DNA of 64,000 nucleotides from Lysobacterales bacterium (GTDB taxonomy: Bacteria; Pseudomonadota; Gammaproteobacteria; Xanthomonadales; Xanthomonadaceae), in assembly GCA_017302135.1 (NCBI GenBank), contig JAFLDZ010000005.1, positions 84,159 to 148,158 on the forward strand. The letters are read 5' to 3'. Under the pieces are notes generated by a model, which worked only from the letters and a program-made list of their open reading frames with translations, was not told where the DNA came from and made no database searches. Made by a program: the position numbers and the translations under genes. Positions 47,601 through 55,338 of this stretch are shown here, in pieces; the first letter of the stretch is position 1; each line of letters begins with the position of its first letter.

Positions 47601-49588
47601 ACGGCACGCTGCGCGTATCCGCGCTGGCGTATTCGGCCGAACGCTACGGCAACGGCGACGCCGAGATCGTGGTCCGCGCGCCGATCGTGGCCGAAGCCAG
47701 CTATCCGCGCGTGCTCGCGCCCGGCGACCGCAGCAATGTCACCCTCGATCTCACCAATTTCACCGGCAAGGCCGGCGATTTCGACGTGAAGGTCGAAGGG
47801 CTGGGCCCGCTGACGGTGGCGCAGGGTGCGCGCAGCGCCAAGCTCGCCGTCGGCGGCAAGACCACGCTGACCTTCCCGCTGTCGGCGGGCGAGGGCTACA
47901 CCACCGCGAAGATCCGCGTGCAGGTCAACGGCAACGGCTTCAAGGTCGATCGCCGCTTCGATGTGCCGGTGCGTCCGGCCTGGCCGAGCGTGCTGCGCAC
48001 GAAGACCCAGACCTTGAACGCACTCGCCACGATCGCGATGGACGCCGGTTTCGCCGATGGCCTGATGCCCGGTTCGGTCACCGCACAGATGACCGTCAGC
48101 GCATTGCCGCCGATCCCGTTCGCCAGCGCGCTGAAGGATGTGCTGGAGTATCCCTACGGCTGCGCCGAGCAGACCACCAGCAAAGGCTACGCAGCGCTGG
48201 TGATGGATGCCGACACCGCGAAGATGCTCGATGCCAAGGGCCTCGATGCGGCGGCGCGCAAGGCGCGCATGGACGGCGCGTTCGGGCGCTTGGCCTCGAT
48301 GCAGATGTCGAACGGCCACTTCTCGATGTGGGGCGACGACAGCTACGTCAATCCCGCATTGACGCCATACATCGTCGAATTCCTGCTCGACGCGCGCGAA
48401 GCCGGCTTCGCGGTGCCCGAGGCGATGCTGCAGAAAGCCCTGCAGCGGCTCAGCGAGGATCTGCTGGCCGGCGGCAACGAGTTCTACGGCCAGACCCATC
48501 GCGATCACCTGAAGTTCGCGTATCAGGCGCATGCTGGCTACGTGCTCGCGCGCGTCAACCGTGCACCGCTCGGCACGCTGCGCGCGCTCTACGACAACGA
48601 ACGCGCCAAGGCCAAGAACGGGCTGTCGATGGTGCATCTCGGCCTGGCGCTGTCGCTGCAGGGCGACAAGAACCGCGGCAACAAGGCGATCGCTGCGGGC
48701 TTCGCGTTCAAGAGCAGCTACGAGTACCTCGGCGACTACAGCAGCCCGCTGCGCGACAGTGCGCTGATGATCGCGTTGACCCACGAGCGTGGCCTCGGCA
48801 AGCCGGAGTACGACGCCAAGGTCGTCGCGCTGGGCAAGGAACTCGATGTCCGCCGCAGCGATCGCTGGTTCTACCTCAGCACCCAGGAACAGGTCGCGCT
48901 GGCCCGCGTCGGCAAGGCGCTGCTGGCGGACCAGAAGAAACTGGTCTCCGGCGTGTGGCGTCTGGGCGATGTCAGCGATCCGGTCGCGGAACGCCGCATG
49001 CAGGGACGCCGCGTGGACTACACGGCGCTCGCGCGTGGCTTCAAGTTCGAGCCGCAGGGCGCGGTGCCGCTGTACGCCAGCCTTGAAGTCGCGGGCGTGC
49101 CGCGCATCGCGCCGGCCGAGGACAAATCGGTGATCGGGATCGAGCGCAAGTGGTACACCACCGACGGCAAGCCATGGAAACCCGGCCCGCTGACCGAAGG
49201 CGAAGCGCTGATCGTCGCGCTCAGCATCACCGCCGATCAGGGCATGCCCGATGCGCTGTTGACCGATCTGTTGCCGGCCGGTCTGGAAATCGAGAACTTC
49301 AATCTCGGTGACGGCAAGCAGTGGGCCGACGTGGTGGTGGACGGGATCGAGATCAACGATCGCAGCAGCGCGGCTGACGTGCGGCATGAGGAGTATCGCG
49401 ACGATCGTTTCGTCGCCGCGATCAAGCTCGATCGCGGCCAGACCGCACGGGTGTTCTATCTCGTGCGCGCGGTGACGCCGGGCACCTATACCGTGCCGCC
49501 GTCGCTGGTCGAAGACATGTATCGCCCGCAGCTGCGCGGCGTGGGCAAGTCGACGCTGGTCACGATCACGGTGGTACAGCCGAAGTAA
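44630..49588 (+). CDS. Bacterial alpha-2-macroglobulin family lipoprotein (YfhM-like)
   Basis: 1652-aa ORF with lipobox LTMLPGC. Thioester motif YPYGCAEQTTSKG (Cys-Ala-Glu-Gln at 48161-48172). A pbpC gene lies immediately downstream, as in the known A2M-PbpC pairing. Confidence 0.92.
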   Translation: MCRTSRFEVVGRVRNSVREWGSGVGLALVLAALTMLPGCGNKETGQLPEVSGEAIKAKPNEIKGFALVRAYPDQDGDTLAIALEFSRPLVGTQDFDKLITFATSVNDKSSWKLDDSGKILRFPFVTANTEYTLTVSAKLAAADGSVLGHDVEQKVYTGELDPAVGFASQGSVLPARDSRGLPVVSVNVPEVDVEFLRVREKSLPQFFAEYQRGGRRSGWELDNDYGDGTPLAKLAEPVYTNRFVLGGKRNERAVTYLPIQDIEELQEPGLYFAVMKRSGQFREQFETTFFTVSDIGLHVRAYKDKLFVHTASLQDGSGINSVDLQIINAAGETTLKSQTDRNGNAMLPYKLDAAHVLIARRSSDISMLPFNQPALDLSEFAVSGREPAWFDVFAWAGRDLYRPGEVVRISALLRDNDGKPVPMKGKKAQPLFVRLKQPDGKPFIESRIEAGAQGYYSFEKLIPAEAPTGRWQVEFRTDPASSEAVQGMSLRIEEFLPERMKLDLATADAVLKPGKPLKLEATGAYLYGAPAAGNRFTAKLAVAVEQHPVESMPGYFFGDPTLTLPKDANDVVDTTLDAQGKLSQDIVLPEEAKPASPIAAIVSGSLFETGGRSVNRSIKRVLWPADALVGVRPMFDDKEGPDSNSNAGFQLMRVDSAGKPRPAKGLKVTLVREHRDYHWNYDNDEGWDFDFTSRFDNVETRTVDAGATAIKFDFPVEWGTYRVDVLDPATGLTTRYPFEAGWGWGDENRGLDARPDKVKVALDKTAYNTGDTVKVTLTPPHDGKGLLMVEGGDRMLYVLDVDVKRGSSFEIPVTKDWERHDIYITALVFRGGSASDKVTPARAVGIAYVPMDRASRRVEVGLSLPKQMRPEQTLTTTVAVPKLAGQEAYVTVSAVDVGILNITQFPVPDANKHFFAQRRLGVDAYDVYGRIIESLEGDIGRIRFGGDMALQPLAQARRPTSKVQTVDLFSGPVKLDAKGNAKIALKVPDFNGTLRVSALAYSAERYGNGDAEIVVRAPIVAEASYPRVLAPGDRSNVTLDLTNFTGKAGDFDVKVEGLGPLTVAQGARSAKLAVGGKTTLTFPLSAGEGYTTAKIRVQVNGNGFKVDRRFDVPVRPAWPSVLRTKTQTLNALATIAMDAGFADGLMPGSVTAQMTVSALPPIPFASALKDVLEYPYGCAEQTTSKGYAALVMDADTAKMLDAKGLDAAARKARMDGAFGRLASMQMSNGHFSMWGDDSYVNPALTPYIVEFLLDAREAGFAVPEAMLQKALQRLSEDLLAGGNEFYGQTHRDHLKFAYQAHAGYVLARVNRAPLGTLRALYDNERAKAKNGLSMVHLGLALSLQGDKNRGNKAIAAGFAFKSSYEYLGDYSSPLRDSALMIALTHERGLGKPEYDAKVVALGKELDVRRSDRWFYLSTQEQVALARVGKALLADQKKLVSGVWRLGDVSDPVAERRMQGRRVDYTALARGFKFEPQGAVPLYASLEVAGVPRIAPAEDKSVIGIERKWYTTDGKPWKPGPLTEGEALIVALSITADQGMPDALLTDLLPAGLEIENFNLGDGKQWADVVVDGIEINDRSSAADVRHEEYRDDRFVAAIKLDRGQTARVFYLVRAVTPGTYTVPPSLVEDMYRPQLRGVGKSTLVTITVVQPK

Positions 49589-49622
49589 AAGCGGCCTTTT
49601 GTAACTCGGTGCGCGCGCGCTT

Positions 49623-49700
49623 CCCTCTTCCCGCATTGCGGGGAGAGGGTGCCCGACAGAGCCTGCCCCGGACTCGATCCGGGGGCGGGTGAGGGGCGCT
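49623..49700. repeat. Intergenic REP-like double hairpin (ccctcttcccgc-att-gcggggagaggg; gccccgga-ctcga-tccgggggc)
   Basis: Two GC-rich imperfect palindromes (49623-49649 and 49665-49686) followed by gggtgaggggc. This is a type of element common in proteobacterial intergenic regions, and may also terminate the A2M transcript. Confidence 0.5.
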
Positions 49701-49767
49701 AGCCGCCGCAGTGTTCCTTCCCGCAGCCACATCTCCTCGCGACACGACGAATTCCGATCGCGCATCC

Positions 49768-52149
49768 ATGTCGCAATCTCTTACGCCCTCCCTGCGAATC
49801 CGCATCCGCCGTCTTTTGCCTTGGCTCCGCTGGGGCACCGTCGCGCTGCTGTCGTCGCTGCTGCTGTTCGATCTGATCTTCCCGCCGCAGTTGCCCAAAG
49901 CCCGCGACATCAGCACGCTGGTGGTCGCGCGAGACGGCACGCCGCTGCGCGCGTTCGCCGATGCCGATGGCGTCTGGCGTTACCCGGCGACGCCCGAGAC
50001 GGTATCGCCGCTGTATCTCGAAGCGCTGCTCAATTACGAAGACCGCTGGTTCTGGAAGCATCCCGGCGTGAATCCGCTGGCGCTGCTGCGCGCGGGCGGG
50101 CAGATGATGGGCAGCGGCGAAGTGGTGTCCGGCGGTTCCACGCTGACGATGCAGGTCGCGCGCATCCTTGATGCCAAGCGCACCCGGCATACGCGCACGC
50201 CGTTCCGCAAGCTGCGGCAGATCCTGCGCGCGCTGCAGCTCGAAGCGCATCTGTCGAAGCGCGAAATCCTGATCCTGTATCTCGAGCGCGCACCGTTCGG
50301 CGGCACCATCGAGGGCGTCGAGGCCGCCAGTTGGGCGTACCTGGGCAAACCCGCGTCGCGCTTGTCGAGAGCGGAGGCGGCATTGCTCGCGGTGCTGCCG
50401 CAATCGCCGAGCCGGCGGCGTCCGGACCGTCATCCGGAGATCGCCCAGGTGGCGCGCGACAAAGTGCTGGATCGCATGGCGACGCTGGGCGTGTGGAGCC
50501 AGGCCGAGGTCGACGACGCGCGGATCGAAGCGGTCGTTTCGCGGCAACTGCAGCCGCCGCTCAGCGCCGCATTGCTGGCGCAGCGGCTGCGCGTTGCCCA
50601 TCCGAAATCCGCGCGCATCACTTCGACCATCGACGCCAATCTGCAGCGCACGCTGGAAGAGCGCGTGACCTCGTATTTCTCGAACCTGCCGGAGCGCACG
50701 TCGGCCGCGCTGCTGGTGGTCGACAACGAGACCATGGAAGCGCGCGCCTATGTCGGCTCGCTGCATTTCGGCGACAAACAGCGTCTTGGTCACGTCGATA
50801 TGGTCCGCGCCTGGCGTTCGCCCGGTTCGACCCTGAAGCCGTTTCTCTACGGCATGGCGATCGACGACGGCATGATCCATTCCGAAAGCCTGCTGATCGA
50901 TGCGCCGCAGACGTTCGGCGATTATCGTCCCGGCAATTTCGGCGAATCCTTCAATGGTCCGATCGGCGTCGCCCAAGCGCTGCGGCTGTCATTGAACGTG
51001 CCGGCGGTCGACTTGCTCGATCGCGTCGGCCCGCAGCGTTTCGCCGCGCGCATCGACCATGCCGGCATCGCGTTGAAATTCCCGCAGGACAGCAAGCCGA
51101 ATCTCGCATTGATTCTCGGCGGCACTGGCGCGCGGCTCGAAGACCTGGTCGGCACGCATGCGGCGTTCAATCGCAACGGTATCTCCGGTCGCGTGCGCTA
51201 CACACCCACCGATCCGAAGATCGACCGGCGCGCGCTGTCGCCGGGTGCGGCGTGGATCGTGCGCGAGATTCTCGAATCCAATCCGCGTCCGGGCGAACTG
51301 GAACAGTACGATCGCGGCACGCGTCCGCGCGTGGCCTGGAAGACCGGTACCAGCTACGGATTCCGCGACGCATGGGCGGTCGGCGGTACGCGCCACTACA
51401 CGGTCGGTGTGTGGGTGGGGCGCCCCGACGGCACCCCGCTGCCCGGTCAGTACGGCGCGCTCACCGCGCTGCCGCTGCTGTTCGAAGTGGTGGATTCGCT
51501 GCCGGGCAATGCGCGCGATTCGCTGCCGCTGCCGCCGCCATCGAACGTTGCCGAGATCGAGGTCTGCTGGCCGCTCGGTATCGCCGCCGACAGCGTGCCC
51601 GCATCGCTGTGTCAGCGCCGGATGAAGGCGTGGATACTCGACGGCGCGGTGCCGCCGACGTTCGCCGAGCGCGGCGCGCGACTGTGGAATGCCGGCCGCG
51701 AACGTTTCGAGATCGATGCGGACAGCGGCAAGCGCGTGTCGGCGGTGTGTTCGCTGCCGCATCGCACTGAAACGGTCGAAATCGCGCGCTGGCCGGCGCT
51801 GGCATCGCCCTGGCTGTCGGCGGAGACGCGTCGCGCATCGACGCTGCCCGTGCTGGCCGACGACTGCATGCTGGATGGTCGCGATGCCAGCGAGGAGCTG
51901 CGGATCGAAGGACTCAATGACGGCGCCACGCTCGCGCGTGCGCCGGGCAGCGAGCATGCGGTACGGTTGTCGCTGCGTGCGCTCGGTACCGATCGCAACG
52001 TGCAGTGGTTGCTCGATGGCCGCTGGATCGCCGAGACCGCAGGCCGGCAGTCGCTGGTGCGCGACTTCGGCGAATCGGGCGAGCATGTGTTGACGGCGCT
52101 CGCGGACAGCGGCGCGTGGACAAGGATCCGCTTCCGCGTGCTGGAATGA
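49768..52149 (+). CDS. pbpC: Penicillin-binding protein 1C (bifunctional glycosyltransferase/transpeptidase family)
   Basis: Track ORF 49711..52149 trimmed to MSQSLTPSLRIRIRR (ATG 49768). GT51 motifs EDRWFWKHPGVNP, GGSTLTMQVAR, RKLRQ, ILYLERAPFGG. Transpeptidase WRSPGSTLKPF (SxxK). C-terminal PBP1C-specific domain. Confidence 0.92.
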   Translation: MSQSLTPSLRIRIRRLLPWLRWGTVALLSSLLLFDLIFPPQLPKARDISTLVVARDGTPLRAFADADGVWRYPATPETVSPLYLEALLNYEDRWFWKHPGVNPLALLRAGGQMMGSGEVVSGGSTLTMQVARILDAKRTRHTRTPFRKLRQILRALQLEAHLSKREILILYLERAPFGGTIEGVEAASWAYLGKPASRLSRAEAALLAVLPQSPSRRRPDRHPEIAQVARDKVLDRMATLGVWSQAEVDDARIEAVVSRQLQPPLSAALLAQRLRVAHPKSARITSTIDANLQRTLEERVTSYFSNLPERTSAALLVVDNETMEARAYVGSLHFGDKQRLGHVDMVRAWRSPGSTLKPFLYGMAIDDGMIHSESLLIDAPQTFGDYRPGNFGESFNGPIGVAQALRLSLNVPAVDLLDRVGPQRFAARIDHAGIALKFPQDSKPNLALILGGTGARLEDLVGTHAAFNRNGISGRVRYTPTDPKIDRRALSPGAAWIVREILESNPRPGELEQYDRGTRPRVAWKTGTSYGFRDAWAVGGTRHYTVGVWVGRPDGTPLPGQYGALTALPLLFEVVDSLPGNARDSLPLPPPSNVAEIEVCWPLGIAADSVPASLCQRRMKAWILDGAVPPTFAERGARLWNAGRERFEIDADSGKRVSAVCSLPHRTETVEIARWPALASPWLSAETRRASTLPVLADDCMLDGRDASEELRIEGLNDGATLARAPGSEHAVRLSLRALGTDRNVQWLLDGRWIAETAGRQSLVRDFGESGEHVLTALADSGAWTRIRFRVLE

Positions 52150-52170
52150 GCGCGAACGGGTATGGCCGGG

Positions 52171-52674
52171 TCAGTTCCGGAAGATCGCCTTGAATCCTTG
52201 GGTCAACAGTACGAGCACAAGAGGAAGGACGATGAACCACAGCAGCAGCATGATGATGGCGAAACGGTAGAAACGCAGCTTGTCCATCCAGGTGTCTTTC
52301 GCCGCGCCTTCCTCGATCGACGACCGCGACAGCCGTTCCTCGAGGAATGCGGAGAAACTCGGATGCCGTTCCAGCATGGCTCTGGACAGATTGCCCTTGT
52401 CGCTTCTGCAGAATTCGCCGGTCACGCAATCGACAAGATATGGGCAGGCATCCGCTTCGTCGCCTGCGTAGACGTATTGTTGCGGCCAAGGCGGCAAGCC
52501 CTCGAAACCCTTTCGATAGGCTTGCGTGAGATCGACGATCGCATCGGGGTCGTCGAGCACCGAGGTTTCGTCGATGCGATCGTCGCTGCGTTCGGATAAA
52601 AGAAACCCGCGATAATCCTTCGGAAGCGTCACGCCGAGTGCGGACTCGATCCTCGCGATATCGCGGGTTTTCAT
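52171..52674 (-). CDS. SMI1/KNR4 (SUKH-1) family protein with a C-terminal transmembrane anchor
   Basis: C-terminal 167 aa of track ORF 52171..53208, starting MKTRDIARIESALGVTLPKDYRGFLLS (the classic SMI1_KNR4 opening), then YVYAGDEADACPYLVDCVTGEF, ending in the TM segment FYRFAIIMLLLWFIVLPLVLVLL. A spot count gives 32/60 GC at 52201-52260. Confidence 0.75.
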   Translation of the reverse strand: MKTRDIARIESALGVTLPKDYRGFLLSERSDDRIDETSVLDDPDAIVDLTQAYRKGFEGLPPWPQQYVYAGDEADACPYLVDCVTGEFCRSDKGNLSRAMLERHPSFSAFLEERLSRSSIEEGAAKDTWMDKLRFYRFAIIMLLLWFIVLPLVLVLLTQGFKAIFRN

Positions 52675-52685
52675 GGTGCGTGCGA

Positions 52686-53165
52686 TCAGCCCAGCAGAGA
52701 CAGCATGTGTTCCGCAGACGAAACCCGGAACTCGCCCGGCGCTTCCACTTCGAGGAATTTCACCACGCCGTCTTCGAGATACAGCGCGAAGCGTTTGCTG
52801 CGGATGCCCATGCCGTAGGCGCTCGCATCCATTTCCAGGCCGAGCGCTTTGGCGAAGTCGCCGTTGCCGTCGGCGAGGATGTCCATGTCGGCGGGGGCGT
52901 TCTGGCTCGCGGCCCAGGCTTTCATCACGAACGGGTCGTTGACCGACATGCAGGCGACGCCGACGCCTTTGTTGCGGAACGCTTCGAAGTGTTCGATGAA
53001 ACCGGGCAGATGCTTTTCCGAGCAGGTCGGCGTGAAGGCGCCGGGGACGGAGAACAGCACCATTTTCTTGCCTTCGAAGAAGGTGTGCGTATCGATGGTG
53101 TCGATGCCGCCGTTGATGCGTTTGATATTGACTTCGGGGATGCGATCGCCGATCTGGATGGTCAT
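52686..53165 (-). CDS. Peroxiredoxin, Prx5/PrxD-like
   Basis: Track ORF 52686..53219 trimmed to MTIQIGDRIPEV (ATG 53165). Peroxidatic Cys motif FSVPGAFTPTCS. Confidence 0.9.
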   Translation of the reverse strand: MTIQIGDRIPEVNIKRINGGIDTIDTHTFFEGKKMVLFSVPGAFTPTCSEKHLPGFIEHFEAFRNKGVGVACMSVNDPFVMKAWAASQNAPADMDILADGNGDFAKALGLEMDASAYGMGIRSKRFALYLEDGVVKFLEVEAPGEFRVSSAEHMLSLLG

Positions 53166-53242
53166 GGCAGGGGTCCTGTCCGGGGTTGGGTGGACAGTGT
53201 AGAGGCAATGCAGAGGCAATCCTGAACGCGCGCGAATGGCCT

Positions 53243-53271
53243 CTTGAAAACGCCGGGTCCGGGCCTACTTT
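53243..53271 (+). promoter_or_regulatory. Candidate sigma-32 (RpoH) heat-shock promoter for hsp20
   Basis: CTTGAAA (53243-53249), then 14 nt, then CCTACTTT (53264-53271). Compare the consensus CTTGAAA-N13-15-CCCCATnT. Located 43 nt upstream of the hsp20 ATG. Confidence 0.4.
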
Positions 53272-53313
53272 TCCGGTATGGCGGCATGGTGCCGCCGTTC
53301 AACGGAGAATCCC

Positions 53314-53781
53314 ATGAGCCTCATGCGCTACCCGCAGGCGTGGCCGGCACAGGCCCGCGTCCACGACGATCTGAAGCAGATCTTCGACCGTTTCCTCAAC
53401 AATGCCGACAACCCCGACGAATCCGCCGTGGTCACCAGCCAATGGGTGCCGCGCGTCGATATCAAGGAAGAAGCCGATCGTTTCGTGATCCTGGCCGATC
53501 TGCCGGGCGTCGATCCCCAGCAGGTGGAAGTGCTGATGGACAAGGGCATCCTCAGCATCAAGGGCGAACGCAGCAGCGAGGCGATCGAGCAGTCCGAGCG
53601 ATTCTCGCGGATCGAACGCCGCTACGGCAGCTTCCATCGCCGCTTCGCGCTGCCCGATACCGCGGATGCCGAAGGCATCGTCGCGACCGGCCATAACGGC
53701 GTGCTCGAAGTCGTCATTCCCAAGCGCGCCGAATCCACGCCGCGCCGTATCCAGGTCGGCAGCCCGACCGCGAAAGCCTGA
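53314..53781 (+). CDS. Small heat shock protein, Hsp20/alpha-crystallin family
   Basis: Track ORF 53278..53781 trimmed to MSLMRYPQAW (ATG 53314, with GGAGA upstream). Alpha-crystallin core WVPRVDIKEEADRFVILADLPGV...SFHRRFALPD...GVLEVVIPK. Confidence 0.9.
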   Translation: MSLMRYPQAWPAQARVHDDLKQIFDRFLNNADNPDESAVVTSQWVPRVDIKEEADRFVILADLPGVDPQQVEVLMDKGILSIKGERSSEAIEQSERFSRIERRYGSFHRRFALPDTADAEGIVATGHNGVLEVVIPKRAESTPRRIQVGSPTAKA

Positions 53782-53884
53782 GTCCCGCAGGCAGCCACGC
53801 ACGGTCCGCAGCCCGGGCCGTGCGTGGACTGCGATGGCATCGGTATAGTGGATCGCATCGTCACGACATTTTCGGATTCGCAGC

Positions 53885-54805
53885 ATGCGCTTCAAGGATT
53901 ACTACGACGTGCTCGGGGTCGAACCCGGCGCAGGCGAGGCGGAAATCAAGACCGCCTACCGTCGGCTTGCGCGGAAATTCCATCCCGATGTGAGCAAGGA
54001 AGAAGGCGCCGAAGAGAAATTCAAGGCCGTCAACGAAGCCTATGAGGCGTTGCGCGACCCTGAAAAGCGCACCGCCTACGATCAGTTGCGCGCGCGCGGC
54101 TATCGTCCCGGCGATGAAGTACAGCCGCCCCCCGGTGGTTTTGGCGGCGGCCACGGCGGCGTCGACTTCGAGGAAATCTTCGCGGGCGGCGGCAACGGCG
54201 GTTTCAGCGATTTCTTCCAGGAACTGTTCGGCCGCCGTCGCGCCGGGGGTTTCCCGGGCGGGCCCGGCGGTGCTCCCGGCGGCGGCGCCCGAGCGCGCGG
54301 CGACGGGATCACCCGAGCCAAGTTCGCAGTGCCGCTGGAATCCCTCTACCGCACCGATCCGGTCCGGGTTTCGGTGGCCGGCAGATCGCTGGAGGTCCGC
54401 ATCCCCAAGGGCATCAAGCCCGGGCAGGCGATCCGGCTCGCGGGGCAGGGCACGGGCGGCGGCGATCTGCTGCTGGAAATCGAATACGCCGCGCATCCGC
54501 AGTTCGAAGTGGACGGCCGCAATGTCATCCACGTGCTGTCGGTGGCGCCTTGGGAAGCGGCGTTGGGCGCATCGATCAGCGTGCCCACGCTGGGTGGGCC
54601 GGTGGAGTTGAAGATTCCTGCGGATTCCGAAGCGGGGCGCAAATTGCGCCTGCGCGGTCGCGGGCTTCCGGGGGCCGGAAGCGCGGCTGCCGGCGATCAG
54701 ATCGTGGAGTTGGAAGTGCTGGCGCCGAAGGCCAATACCGACGAAGAGCGCGAAGCCTACCAGCGGCTGCGCGATGTCTTCGGGGACGATTGGCGTCGGG
54801 CTTAG
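53885..54805 (+). CDS. cbpA: Curved-DNA-binding protein CbpA (DnaJ-class co-chaperone lacking the Zn finger)
   Basis: 306-aa ORF: J domain KDYYDVLGVEPGAGEAEIKTAYRRLARKFHPD, G/F-rich linker, and C-terminal substrate-binding domains with no CxxCxGxG repeats. Confidence 0.85.
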   Translation: MRFKDYYDVLGVEPGAGEAEIKTAYRRLARKFHPDVSKEEGAEEKFKAVNEAYEALRDPEKRTAYDQLRARGYRPGDEVQPPPGGFGGGHGGVDFEEIFAGGGNGGFSDFFQELFGRRRAGGFPGGPGGAPGGGARARGDGITRAKFAVPLESLYRTDPVRVSVAGRSLEVRIPKGIKPGQAIRLAGQGTGGGDLLLEIEYAAHPQFEVDGRNVIHVLSVAPWEAALGASISVPTLGGPVELKIPADSEAGRKLRLRGRGLPGAGSAAAGDQIVELEVLAPKANTDEEREAYQRLRDVFGDDWRRA

Positions 54806-54920
54806 CAGGCTGTGAAAACAGCCTGCTGCGCGGTCATGGATGGACGCGGCGACGAGGCAAGCGCGTCAGCGATTGCTTCGTCGGGAGCGAGTCCGGGCAT
54901 GTGCCGGACTCGTGACTTGA

Positions 54921-54950
54921 GAAATGCACACGAAAGAAATGCACACGAAG
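54921..54950. repeat. Tandem 15-nt duplication (gaaatgcacacgaaa / gaaatgcacacgaag)
   Basis: Two adjacent copies identical in 14 of 15 nt. Intergenic, about 20 nt downstream of the response-regulator stop. Confidence 0.8.
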
Positions 54951-54969
54951 TGCGTTTTTCAACACACGA

Positions 54970-55338
54970 TCAGAGCCCGACGACGTACTTGGTGATGGTG
55001 TCCGACAGCTCGGTTTCGCTGAAAGGCTTGGTCAGATAGGCCTTGGCGCCTTGGCGCATGCCCCACATGCGATCGGTGTCCTGGTCCTTGGTGGTGACCA
55101 GGATGATCGGGATGTGCTTGGTGGTCGGTTCGCGGCAGATGGTCCGTGTCGCCTGGAAGCCGTTGAGGTTCGGCATCACCACGTCCATCAGGATCAGGTC
55201 GGGGATCTCGCGCTTGGCCACTTCGACCCCAGCGGCGCCGTCCTCGGCGGTCAGCGCTTCATGCCCCAGTTTTTCGACGATGCGGCGAATGCCCATCAAC
55301 TGCGACGGCGAGTCGTCGACGATCAGGATGCGTGCCAT
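54970..55338 (-). CDS. Single-domain CheY/PilH-like response regulator
   Basis: 122-aa ORF: ILIVDDS, phospho-acceptor LILMDVVMP, IPIILVTTK, YLTKPF. Confidence 0.9.
   Translation of the reverse strand: MARILIVDDSPSQLMGIRRIVEKLGHEALTAEDGAAGVEVAKREIPDLILMDVVMPNLNGFQATRTICREPTTKHIPIILVTTKDQDTDRMWGMRQGAKAYLTKPFSETELSDTITKYVVGL

Noticed and set aside
44600-49765. 1721-aa minus-strand ORF covering the whole alpha-2-macroglobulin gene
   Set aside because: It is antisense to a gene with a lipobox, a thioester motif and good codon bias. Its product is Arg/Ala/His-rich with no domain signature and runs through the REP-like spacer.
52675-53208. N-terminal extension of the SMI1/KNR4 ORF (track 52171..53208, 345 aa)
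   Set aside because: It overlaps the well-supported peroxiredoxin gene in another frame, and its composition (R/H/P/Q-rich) is non-protein-like. The SUKH domain starts at the Met at 52674.
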